Shown in pieces: positions 1-12,837 of a stretch of 64,000 nucleotides of DNA. Within the stretch, counting starts at the first letter, position 1. Each line of letters opens with the position of its first letter. The translations under genes were made by a program, and so were the position numbers. The stretch is from Eledone cirrhosa (Eukaryota): the NCBI GenBank assembly GCA_964016885.1, contig OZ024741.1:351726001-351790000 (forward strand). Direction: 5' to 3'. The notes under the pieces are model-generated. The model did not search any database. It worked only from the letters and a program-made list of their open reading frames with translations, and was not told where the DNA came from.

Positions 1-145
1 ATGAAGATAGACATAAGTGTCAAGACCTTCAAGAAACCATTGGTAAATGAATTAATTATCTTATGTTGTTTATTACATAACTAAAACGCTCTGTAGCCTA
101 CATAGAGCACTCTCTTTTCCTTTACCTTTCCTACAGAAATACTTC

Positions 146-180
<35 letters not shown>

Positions 181-185
<5 letters not shown>

Positions 186-511
186 GACCTGACTTCCCAT
201 GGGTACAAGCCGAAGCTGAAGCATATAGATAATATGCCCCCACCCTCTCCCACTGCAAAGTGGTCGTGTAGGTGCCATGACAAAAAAGCACCCAGTGCAC
301 ACTGTAAAGTGATCGTGTAGGCGCCACGGTAAAAAAGCACCGAGCACACAGTGAGGTTGGTGTTAGGAAGGGCATCCAGCTGTAGAAATCAAGGCAAAAT
401 CAGTTCCCGTATGAGCATTCTCGTATGACCTAGTATTTCCCACAACAGGACAACCCGTCTAACCCATGCTAGCGTAGAAGAATGGACGTAAAACGGTGAT
501 GATGATGATGA
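181..511 (+). mobile_element. RTE 3' end (UTR plus (GAT)n tail), second subfamily
   Basis: Reverse-complement similarity to 18345-18690; AGGAAGGGCATCCAGCTGTAGAAA core; GAT tail. Confidence 0.85.
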
Positions 512-718
512 TATATAGACCATGAAATTTGTACTTAGAAAGTTCCCCTCCAAGGCTGTTTGTGGAAGACCAGCAGTCACCCATGCATACCAGTCTCACC
601 TCTCCATGCATCCAATGTTATTCAAGGCAAAGACAATGACTGATTCAGTTTGGCACTAGTGACATTGCAACTCATTTCTACAGCTGAGTAAACTGGGGCA
701 ATGTGAAATTATATATAT

Positions 719-1606
<888 letters not shown>

Positions 1607-1811
1607 TATATCATGTATATGATTAATAGATAAATAAATCTATCCATATATATATATGAATATGATAACGATGATGATAATGAGTGCGAATGAGGCGTCA
1701 AAATATCATTATGTTTATTCATATATATAATTAAGAATGGGTTACTGAAAGAGAATGGAAAGGAACTACAGTTATATAAGGAAATCAATATATTAGTAGA
1801 GAAGATACATA

Positions 1812-1930
1812 TTCATTTCATACAGAAATCTACAAGACTAGAACGGTTTCATTCATTTGAAATCATTCTTGATGATTTCAAATGGATGAAACACTTCTAG
1901 TCCTGTAGAAGTCATTTCCATATGAAATAT
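1812..1930. repeat. Short foldback (family C); relative at 17871-17939
   Basis: CTACAAGACTAGAA..GTTTCATTCATTTGAAATCA / TGATTTCAAATGGATGAAAC..TTCTAGTCCTGTAG. Confidence 0.75.
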
Positions 1931-2126
1931 ATATATTCTGAAGAAATCAAGTATACTTTTTGTGAATAAATGTTGTGATGGTCATGGTTAGGATGTCTTT
2001 GATCATACACATTTCTGCTGGATAAAGTTAAATAACAGCAACAGAAGCTTTAACATTCAGTACTACATCCACAAATGATACCATTAGCAAAGGCCAGCAA
2101 AAGAACAATTGTAAGGGAGCACTTAC

Positions 2127-2235
2127 CTTGTATGGACTAATACTAGTGTCAGATGGAAAAGCTAGCAGCCCCATACTTTTCTGTACATCAGCCATTTGGT
2201 CGTCTTCTAAGTTTGTAAAATACTTTCTGGCATGC
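2127..2235 (-). CDS. MAEA: MAEA internal exon, CRA region
   Basis: ttttccag|G CAT...AAG|gtaagt. 1+108 nt encode (K)[36 protein letters not shown] (MAEA: RHARKHFS...MGMLAFPPDTHISPYK). Confidence 0.95.
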
Positions 2236-3538
2236 CTGGAAAACATTGAAACAGAAACAATTATTGGTTTGTTATTAATTCTAAGGTGGACGATTTGATA
2301 TATGTTCCAGTGTGTTTATGTTTTGAGTTCAAATCCCACCAACACCAATTTTGGGGTTGATAAAGCAAGTATTAGCCCAGTGCTTTTGCAGCCCTCTCTC
2401 TTTCCAACTGTCACAACCTGGATATCCCACTGGACCAAGATTTGAAGGGTTGAGAGGGTGTCTGTGTCAGCTCATGAATGTATGAGCACTTAGAACTCTT
2501 CACAAAAGCATGGTATATGCTACCAAGTCATACTCAATTACAAATGACAGCTGCATACCTTTTTTTTTTGCCTATTTATTCTATAAGTGAAGGGACACAG
2601 CGCAGTGGTTAAAGTGTACATTTCAAAGCCATAAGGTTATAGGTTTGATTCCTAGCTATAATATAATACGATAGGTATGTAAGGTGAAGGTGTGTCTTCA
2701 TGGTTAGGGTGTCCAGCTCACAGTCATAAGTTCAATTCCCAGACTAGAGAACATATTTTGGCCCTTGAACGAAATACTTAATTTCATTTAGTAATTCACT
2801 CAGCTAAAATTGGTTATTAGTGGGTGTTAGCTCTACAATGAATTAATATCCAGTTCGGGGGTAGGGGTGGAAAGAGTGTTTTACTTTTAGTTGCCTATGA
2901 AACCAGGTTAAACTCTGAACTTCACCTAACCTGTGCAAGTACAGAAAAAACAAATGATTAAGACATTAACTCTAACTCTGACTCATTCATTCAAAGGCAC
3001 AAGCCCAACATTTTGATTTTTTATTGATTAATCAACATATTGATTTTTTTGTTGGTTAACCCATTCATTACTATATTTCTAACAAAAGACACTGCCTATG
3101 ATTTTAAAATCATTTTGAACATAGTTAAGAATTTGGAATGATTTAGTAATACAAATAGCTTTCTCATTATTAAGCTAGTGTTTCGACCGTAACTCGATAA
3201 AGATTCTTACATAGAATTATGATGGAATGTTTTAAAAAAAATTAAGCATGTTTTGCAGCGTGAAGATCAAAAGTTTGAGGTGTTTGGGATTGCTAGTAGG
3301 CTACAAGTGTATACTCATTATCTTTTCATTATACTAAATGCATTTATTTATTTTAATAGGAATTTTATTATTGATTTCGCTGATGCAATCGTTATCTACG
3401 TTTTCTTTTAAAATATATCTGTGTAAAATTTTGTTTTTTTCTAAAAAACGGTCTCCCGACCATTCCCGCATCAAATGAAACAAAACCGTCTAACCCATGC
3501 TGGCGTGGAAGATGGACATTAAACGATGATGAGGATAA

Positions 3539-3578
<40 letters not shown>

Positions 3579-3593
3579 GCAATATGTACATAT

Positions 3594-3633
<40 letters not shown>

Positions 3634-4029
3634 AGAAACATAAAACATTCAAACTTCAAATAGTTATAGTTTTCTGTACCAATCTAACATAATTAACCTT
3701 TGGCATTTCGATATTTTTTGGACATCAAATATTTCTGTATTCAGGGTTGTTGTTTTTGTTGTTGCTGCAACTACTGTTGTTGATGTTTATGTTGTTGTTA
3801 CTGCTACAATTGTTGTTGCTGCCACTGTTGTTGATGTTTTTATTTTTGGTGTTGCTATTGTTGCTAATGTTGCTATCATTGAAGTTGTCTTTACTGTTGT
3901 TGTTGCTGATGTTGTTCTTCTTATTGTAGTTGAAGTTGTTGCTGATGTTTTTTCGTTGTAGCTGTTTTTGTTGTTGTTGTTACCATTGTTGATGTTGTTG
4001 TTACAGCTGTTGTTGTTACTGTTGTTCAT

Positions 4030-5330
4030 GTACATACTGACTCTTGAGCTACTACTACACAAGCTAGGGAAGTTGAGGGGCATCCCACATGAACTAGTAT
4101 GCCAGAGATTTGTGTCAGCATATGCTAACGATGTCACAGTAGTAGTGTCAAGCACCAAACACATCGGGGTGATCAGCACTTTTTGGAGGGAACACAAAGC
4201 AATAACAGGAGTGAAAATTAACCAGGAAAAATCAGTGGTCCTGCGACTCAGCACCTGGAGAAGCAAGCCCATGCAACAGCATCATAGGACACTGGACAGA
4301 TGGACCTGTTAAATTGTTTGGGGTCTGGTTTGGTCCAGACCTCCAAATGGAGAAAAACTGGGATGAGGTAATGGGCAGGGTGGCCAGTCTCACACAGAAA
4401 TGGGCCAAAAGGAAACTATCCCTGAAAGGTCAGGCAGAGGTGGTGAACAAGTACATTGTCCATCATCTACTACAGCCTGACCTTCATACCTTGCCTTGGT
4501 CCACATCTGGTTGCACTGGAGTATCTACTCTTCCACTTTTTGTGGAAAGAATGTGGTTGCCTTTCACCAGATATATGTTTCCCCAGCTCATCTCCTTGAT
4601 GGAGCTTCAGTCATGGGTCAAGCAAAGACCAAGAGGGAGTGCTTGGAAACTGAAATATCTTCAAGCAGTCACAGAACTCAGCCAGTCGAGCACTGTGATC
4701 AGTGGAAAATCTATTTTAGTCTTCTATAGAGGAATAATGTTTGGGAAAAGAGACAACATTCTTGAGGAAACCCTGGGTATCGAAGATAAGCAACTAGCCA
4801 CTCTATTCCATGGCCGATGGATAGCATCCAAAAGTCCCTGGCCTGGCAGTGCTACTGGGGAGCTTTGCAAGTTTAAGATAAACTCTACAAACATGGAAGT
4901 GTCATCAGCCAAGCATGTCTGAGATGGTTGCAGCACAATGAAACCATCCTACACACACTCATTCAGTGTTTGAGCATTGCTGATCTGTTGGCTTTTGCTG
5001 AACATCTGCTTTCACATGTAGGACAGATCAGGTTATCACTTGAATCCATCGTGAAACCCCCCTCCCCTACCGCTTTCCTTTAATCAGGAAGGGCAGGCAG
5101 TTTTTATATGCCTTGTGGTCATGGCAAAAGAGGTTGTATGGTGGATGCGATTGAATCTTTCATCATCATCTTCAAGTTTCATTTGAAAAGGAAAATTAGG
5201 GTGGAGAGGGAAGTATTGCATTTCAGCCATTTTGTTGAAAGGTAGATAATAGTGGCAAGCATGGTCCAAGTGAACAGACCTCCCATGAGTATACGCCTGT
5301 AAATCAGAACAGAAGAACTGAAAGAAGGCA
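4030..5330 (+). mobile_element. L1/Tx1-clade LINE ORF2 remnant
   Basis: YILTLELLL...VSAYANDVTVVVS...TGVKINQEKS; FGVWFGPDLQMEKNW...WAKRKLSLKG; a degenerate C-terminal CxxC..ETILHTLIQC knuckle at ~4915-4970. Confidence 0.75.
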
Positions 5331-5589
5331 CTCTCTCTAGTGGTCAGAAAAACTATGGTTTTATTGAGTTTTTCCATGATTAGCTCTTGAATGTCTCTTC
5401 TCCATTGAGCAATACTTGTTTCAAATTTCATTGTCATACCCCACTCAGACATCTCCTCATTGTTAAAATGTTATTGTTACATCCCTTTTATTATTAAATC
5501 TGTTTACACACAAATTCCACACACCAACGCACTCACTCAATATTTTTTCCTCTGTCATCCTTAATGGTTTTCTTAATGTAAAGCCTTTA

Positions 5590-5851
5590 TGGTTAAAAAA
5601 GAAACTATTATTATTTTTATTGTGCATCATTACTGCTTTACCGAGCACAGCTCTCTGCGCCTTGGGTATGAGCAGTGTAGTTTCTGCTGTTGTTGTTTCT
5701 ATTGTATTGATAGTACTTTTCGTAATATATGTGCAGTGCCTTATAGTGCTACCTTTTGTATGCTGTATATATTTGTAAGTCCTGGGGTTTTGACTATGTA
5801 TTTGTCTGTGTTTTTTTCATCATTCTTAGAGTACCTATTATTATAGGTATT
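5590..5851 (-). mobile_element. R4/Dong-like LINE 3' end
   Basis: PGLTNIYSIQKVAL*GTAHILRKVLSIQ. The same sequence occurs in + orientation at 39608-39775. Confidence 0.75.
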
Positions 5852-7502
5852 GTAAACCCCTATAGTTAGCTTAGCTTAGCTTAGCTTAGCTTTTGTCGAC
5901 TTGGAGAAAGCCTTCGACAGAGTCCCCCGTTCCATTATCTGGTGGGCTCTTAGAAAACTAGGTGTTGATGAATGGCTTGTGAGAGCTATACAAGCCATGT
6001 ATAAAGAAACAGTCAGCAAGGTTAGAATTAACAACGAATATAGTGAAGAATTTAGCGTAAAAGTTGGTGTTCATCAGGGCTCTGTTCTTAGCCCCCTACT
6101 ATTTATTATTGCCCTTCAGGCTATAACAGTGGAGTTCAAGACCGGCTGCCCATGGGAACTCCTATACGCAGATGATCTAACGCTCATAGCTGAATCAATG
6201 GCCGAGCTAGAGAAGAAATTCCAAACATGGAAGCACGGCCTAGAATCAAAAGGCCTTAAAATTAACCTGGCTAAGACTAAAGTTCTAGTTTGTAGGAAAG
6301 AAAATAAGGCGGCGGTCCCTTCTGGGAAATGGCCATGCTCAGTGTGTAGGAAAGGCGTAGGTAGAAACTGCATTTTATGTCCCAAATGCAAAGTATGGGT
6401 GCATAAAAGATGTAGTGGGATCACAGGTAAGCTAACTAAGAACATAGATTTTTACATGTGGCCGGTGCTCTGGTGCAATAAGTAGCAGCAAGTGCCAACA
6501 AAATACTAGCTCTTTCAATTGCGCAGAGGGTTCTATAGAAATAGTGGACAGCTTCCGTTACCTGGGTGACAAAATCAACAGTGGGGGAGGGTGCTCTGAA
6601 AGTACAGTAACTAGAGTCAGAACTGGATGGAAAAAGTTCAGAGAGCTTATACCACTATTAGCCGCTAAAGGGTTCTCCCTAAAAATGAAAGGCAGGCTGT
6701 ATGATGCCTGCATACGAACAGCAATGTTGCATGGCAGTGAGACCTGGGCATTGTGTGCAGAGGATATACGCAGACTAGAGAGGAACGAAGCTTGCATGCT
6801 CTGCTGGATGTGTAATAGTAATATACGCGAACGGCAAAGCATAAACGAACTAAGGGAAAAATTAGAAATAAGAGGGATCAGATGTTGTTTACTCGAGAGA
6901 AGGCTACGTTGGTATGGTCACGTGATGCGCATGAAAGACGACAGCTGTATAAAAAAGTGCAGGGCAATAAAGATAGACGGTAGCAACGGAGTAGGCAGAC
7001 CCAGAAAAACCTGGGACGACCTGATAAATTCCGACCTCACACACTTACACCTCTCCAAGACAATGTCACTGGACCGAGATCTTTGGCGGTACTCAGTAAT
7101 AGAGAAGACCCACCTTACCTGAATACAAAGTAAAACCTACTACAGTCAGTAGGCATCTCTAACAAAATACACCCCCGTCCCACCATCCCCACCCCATCCA
7201 CACCGCCCCTTTCAATGTAAAGTTATGTTGGTGCCACAACATCCAGGCCGAAACAAATGAGATCGTGTAGGTGTCACGGCAAAAAAACACACAGTCCACG
7301 CTGTAATGTGGCCGTGTAGGCAACATGGTAAAAACCTCCCAGTCCCATGCTGTAAATGTGGTTGGTGTTAGGAAGGGCATCCAGCTGTAGAAAACCCGCC
7401 AGACAGTCCTATGCGAGCAAGACAACCACTCTTGCCTCAAGTGGGAAAACTCCCGTCCAAACCCATGCAAGCGTGGAACATGGACGTTAAACGATGATGA
7501 TT
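5852..7502 (+). mobile_element. RTE-clade LINE, 5'-truncated inside RT, frameshifted, inserted into an R4/Dong remnant
   Basis: ORFs 5901-6485 and 6544-7122 match the family. ATTGT occurs on both sides (short TSD or microhomology), and the interrupted R4 sequence resumes at ~7501. Confidence 0.92.
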
Positions 7503-7531
7503 GTTTCTGGTTTCATGTTCTATTATTGCAT

Positions 7532-7921
7532 GGAGGCACATGGCTTAGTGGTTAGAACATTGGCCTTGCAATCGAAAGGTTGTGAGTTCAATTCTCAGAC
7601 CGGGTGATGTGTTGTTTTCTTGAGCAAGACACTTTATTTCACATTGCTCCAGTTTACTCAGCTGTAGAAATGAGATGATAGGGACTGGGGTCCCTATCAT
7701 TCCACTGCAAAGTGGTTGTGGAGGTGCCACGGCAAAAAAGCACCCAGCCCACACTGTAAAGTGGATGTGTAGGCGCCACGGGATAAAGCACCCAGCACTC
7801 ACTGTAAATGAGGTTGGTGTTAGGAAGGGCATCCAGCTGTAGAAATTAAGCCAGAATCAGTTCTCATCCCACCCTTGCAAGCAGGGAAAAGCGGACGTAA
7901 AATGATGATGATGATGATGAT
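7532..7921 (+). mobile_element. tRNA-derived SINE with RTE-derived 3' end
   Basis: A box TGGCTTAGTGG, B box GAGTTCAATTC, central CTTGAGCAAGACACTT domain, RTE UTR modules and core, (GAT)n tail. Confidence 0.85.
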
Positions 7922-8339
7922 TATTATTATTATTGATAAAATAAAGTCCCAGTAATGTACTGGTTAATTGCTGGCCTTGTGCCAAAAGTAGAAACAATTA
8001 TTATTATTATTATTATTATTTAAAAAAATTAAATATTCATTTCTTGCCCTAGCACAGCTGATACATAAATGTAAATATACATATGTATGCACACATATAT
8101 TCACATATATATATATATACTACCCTAAGTATTGAGTACTTTGGTGCGTTATGGTCCACCTAGTTCCTTACCACATTTCCTTTGTTATATATATACATAC
8201 ACGCATACACACATATACGTATGGGTTGTATCAAATACTAATAATAATATTTGATTCGTTTGTAAACAAACGGCCCAATTAAAGCTATGCTGAGCCGATG
8301 ACAAATTGTCACCTGTTTGTTAAACACTGGCATTGAGGA

Positions 8340-8382
8340 ACAATCAACATGTTTCTCGGTCATTACCCTTCATCAGGACTGT
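8340..8382 (-). ncRNA. Minimal type-I hammerhead ribozyme candidate
   Basis: ACAGTC-CTGATGA-AGGGTAATGACCGA-GAAAC-AT-GTT-GATTGT. Stem I is ACAGUC/GAUUGU; stem II is imperfect. Confidence 0.6.
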
Positions 8383-8530
8383 ATACCTCTGCCAATCTGT
8401 TGAAAATATATAGTATTTTCTTAAGTACACATTGGCAAAGTAGCCTCATTTACATACGGAGCGAGTTACGGCTGGCCGTGCCAAGACTAAAAATAAAATT
8501 AGAATTTCATTTCTTGCCCTAGCACAGGTG

Positions 8531-8575
<45 letters not shown>

Positions 8576-9515
8576 TCTCAGAATTTACATATAATATAAT
8601 GTAAGTTGAGCAATCCTTTTCACAACCCTTCATAATTTCACATCAATAGATGTGAAATGTAACAGAACAGAATAAGACAGGCAGAGAAACAACTACCATC
8701 TAACAACAATAAAGGTGAAAGTATATTTTTTTTAAATAAAAAAAAATGCAAAAAATAAAACGTTTTTTCTTCTTTAAACACATCATACTTTGAAAACATT
8801 GTCAAGAAAAGGAAATGTTGTTGGGATTTTAAACCATTAAAATATCCATCATTTTGAAAAAGAACATATGCTCTCTCTTTCTGTTTCTCCCACATATGTA
8901 CACATACACATGCATACATACTCTCTCTGAACACAAACAATGCACACATACATGCATAAATGAACATTCATTGCATTCTTGTATGTATGTGAATGCACAC
9001 ACACACATATATAATATATATGCGCGCGCGCGCGTGCGTGTGCGTGTGTGTGTATATATATATATATATAACCTCTGTCTCTTCTACTCACTCTCTAGAT
9101 ATTAACAAATACAACCCTTCATTGCAGTTTATTTTTCTTCCACCTATATTCCATTAGTTTGTCACACACTCTTCTTACCCACCTCCTTATGTCTGATGCT
9201 TTCTGTCACTCACATTTACTGACATACATGTACACACACACAAAGGAACAGACACACCTACATACATACATATTACACCTAGAGAACACATACACATAAA
9301 CACATCCACAAACATTCACACACACAAAGATACATAGATACATACACTCCCAAACACACATATATAGATTAAGATATATAAATATGCACATACATAGATG
9401 CACACAAATACATTAATATACAAGCACACACATATATATATGCACTAACACACACACACACACACATATATATATGCACTAACATACATAAATAGACCAA
9501 AATTTTGTTACATAC

Positions 9516-9592
9516 TTTATCGCTTCCAATCTCTGATCATTTCGAATAAGTTCGATAAATTCTTGTTGGCGGAGTTTAAATTCCAATGTACT
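9516..9592 (-). CDS. MAEA: MAEA internal exon (not in the ORF track)
   Basis: taaaccag|AGT...ATAAA|gtatg. 77 nt encode [25 protein letters not shown] plus 2 nt (MAEA: [25 protein letters not shown]). The phase-2 end matches the start of the next exon. Confidence 0.93.
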
Positions 9593-10356
9593 CTGGTTTA
9601 AGAAAAACAACAACAAACAAATAAAAATTAAGTAACAAACCGGTAACAACAATAACAATTACATTAAACTAAAAAAATATAAAGCATTATAACATTTTGG
9701 TATGGTTTCTACAGCTAAATTATTCCATGATGTTAACTACTTTACACAGAGTACAGGGTGATTTTATTGTAACACCAACAATAGAGAGGTTGCCTTGTCC
9801 TTAGCCAGATTAAAGAGTTTTCTCTATCCTGCATTATCCCCATTCATTTGTCAACTTCTTTACAGAGTGTATCAGATGCTTTTTGTCATGGTACCAACAC
9901 TAAAGAGGTTGTCATGTCCCACAGCAGGATTAAAGAGTCTTCTCCATCCTACATTGTTTCCATTCAATCACCAACCACTTTAAAAGAATAAAACAGAGTG
10001 GAGTGGGGGGTTTAACTCTTTGGGGACCATTGCATTATGGAATAGATGTACATAGGGAGCATTAACCCTTCCAATAGGACATCTTTGAGAAATGTAAGCA
10101 TAGAAATAGGCAAAACCTTTCAAAACTTGACATAAAAAAGGAAAATTGTTAATACAAATTCACTTCAAATAAAAACAAGAAACCTCCTATGAAATGCAAC
10201 ATCATATGAGGTCAGCTAAACCTATATAGGTATAAGCTGTAGTAACAACACTGTGACCCCTATGATTAAAACACCCAAGAAACCTCCAATGTGATGCAAC
10301 CTCGTTGGAAGCCAGCTAAGCCTACGTAGGTGTGAGCTGTAATAACAACAACATGG

Positions 10357-11365
10357 TATTTAGCTAAGAGTAAGCCACTGTATCTGGCTTTTGTAGATCT
10401 GGAAAGGCCTTTGACAGGGTCCTATGCTCTTTAATTTGGTGGCCACTTAGGAAGCTAGGGGTAGACAAATGGCTTGTGAGGGCCATGCAAGACTTATATA
10501 AAGGTACAACCAGCAAAATGAAAATTGGCATTGAGTAAAGTGATGAATTTGAAGTTCAAGTGTATGTAGGGGGGGGGGGGGGCAACAGGGCTCAGTTCTC
10601 TATCCACTTCTGTTTATCCTTGTACTTCAGGCCATCACTGAGGAGTTTAAAACTGGAACATCATGGGGACTCCTACATACTGATGACCTAGTCCTCATAG
10701 CTAATTCTGTAGGAAAGTTAGAGGCAAAATTTCAAGCATGGAAGAAGAACCTAGAGTTGAAAGATCTAAAAGTAAACTTAGCAAAGATGAAAGTCTTAAT
10801 AAGTAGGAAAGGGGGAAGACGAGGATGATACCATTAGGAAAGTGGTCTCGTTCAATATGTCAGCAAGGAGTGAGCAGAAATTCTATAAGGTGCACACAGT
10901 GTAATTTATGGACGCGCAAGAGATGTCATGGGATTGCACTGTAAAACAGACTTTGTATGTGGCAGATGCACAGGAGTAATAAGCCCTAAGAACATACATG
11001 AAATAGATACCTTCAGTTGCAAGAGAGGCATCTTAGAAGTTATTGACAGCTTTTGTTCCCTATACAATCAAATTAACAGAAAATAATAGCCAGAACAAGC
11101 TGAAAGAAGTTTAGAAAGCTGATACCTTTGCTGACAACAAAGGGTTCTCTCTGTGAAGAGTAGACTGTATGATGCCTGCATGTGAACTGCAAGGCTACAT
11201 GGGCCTTAATCGCAGAAGACCTGCGAAGGCTGGAAGGAAATTAAGTGAGCATGCTCCAATGGATGTGTAATGTTAGTGTGCATGAACAACATAGCATAAG
11301 TGAACTGAGAGGAATTGAATGTAGTGTGCATGACACACAACTATGTTGGTATGAACATCACATGT
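10357..11365 (+). mobile_element. Old, degenerate RTE fragment
   Basis: YLAKSKPLYLAFVDLE, GSVLYPLLF and YTDDLVLIA with multiple stops and frameshifts. Confidence 0.8.
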
Positions 11366-11408
11366 TCATACAAACATAGAGCTGCCTTTGGCTTTTTATT
11401 CCTAGGCA

Positions 11409-12020
11409 CTACCATAACCCTAACAAAAAGAAAGCCACCACCACCATAATCCCTCCAAAAAACACAGCCACCATCACCAACAACACAGTCACCACCACCA
11501 TTAACAATGCCATCACCACCACCACCATAACCACCAATAACACAACCACCTCCATAACCACTAATAACAACACACCCACTACCACAACAACCAACAACAC
11601 AGCCACCACCAGTACCATAACCACCAACAACACAGCCACCACCACCACCATAACCACCAAAATTATAAACCCCAACAACAACTCAGCCACCTCCACCAAC
11701 AACACAGCCATCAACACCACCACCAACAACAACATAACTACCACTATCACCACTGCCAACACTGCAACTAATAACACAGCCACCAACACAACTATAACCC
11801 CAACAACAACTCAGCCAACATGACCATAACCACCACTACCACCAAAATATCCATCAACAACACAGTCACTAACTTAACCACCAGTTACAATACAGCCACC
11901 AACAACAACAACAACAACAACACAACCAACACCATCACCACCTTAACCAACAACACTGCCACCACCAACAACAACAATAACATTGCCTCCGCTGCCACCA
12001 CCATAACTAACAACAACACA
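11409..12020. repeat. Degenerate (CAA/CCA)n low-complexity tract; similar tracts at 3748-4028 and 28320-28895
   Basis: Direct inspection. Confidence 0.85.
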
Positions 12021-12178
12021 CACACAGACATCACAAGCATCACCATTTCCCATTATTTTATGCTACAAAGGAACTTGTGTATCTTTTACTCTCTTTCCCT
12101 TTTCTTCTTTCTTTGTCTCACATTTAAAAAAACAAACCACCTAAAGATCAAAGAAACAGTAGAGGTAGTTACACTCAC

Positions 12179-12301
12179 CTTTAATTTCCTTAGTTTAGAT
12201 TTGTTGTCATGGCACCAAGATAAACAAAGACATGTCTCCCGCCTTAGAAGTGATTCTTCCACTTCTTTCGAAGTTAAAAATAGATCAATGTTGGTTAAAT
12301 C
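12179..12301 (-). CDS. MAEA: MAEA internal exon, CTLH region
   Basis: tgtcag|GAT...AAG|gtgagt. 123 nt encode [41 protein letters not shown] (MAEA: [41 protein letters not shown]). Confidence 0.95.
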
Positions 12302-12837
12302 CTGACAAATATAGATATACAAAGGATAAATACAAACAATAAGTGTGTGTGTGTATATATATATATATATAAAACATGAGAAGAAAGAAGAATACTGCGT
12401 GGCTTGCACATGGGTTACATATGATAAAAATAGTCCTTCGTCAGTGATTTTCCAACCATCATTGGTATTTCATCGCATTAAAAATCAGATACCTCAGGTT
12501 GGTGCGAGCAATAATCTAAAAAAAGTTATTAGGACCAGTAATCGCGTAAAGCGAGGGGGACAAGTAAACAACATAGAAGGATAAAAACAAACCAAAGAAA
12601 GGAAATAAACAAGCAACATGGTAGTCCTGGTCAGCATAAACTGGGTGGATTTCATGAGCGAAAAGTACAGACGTTCAACCTGAGTGTATATATATACATA
12701 TATACATATATATATGTGATGATGATGATGATATATATACATACATATATATATATATATACGTACATATATATATACATATACATATATATATACATAT
12801 ATACATACATATATATATACATATATATATATATACA

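Noticed and set aside
5866-5890. Telomere-like repeat (TTAGC)5
   Set aside because: TTAGC is a native RTE pentamer that has been locally amplified; it is not TTAGGG.
7532-7605. tRNA gene
   Set aside because: A and B boxes belong to a SINE head, there is no proper acceptor stem, and it continues into a SINE body repeated at 25013.
11409-12085. Hydrophobic Val/Leu or Thr/Asn ORFs (also 3747-4030 and 28430-28895)
   Set aside because: Low-complexity trinucleotide tracts.
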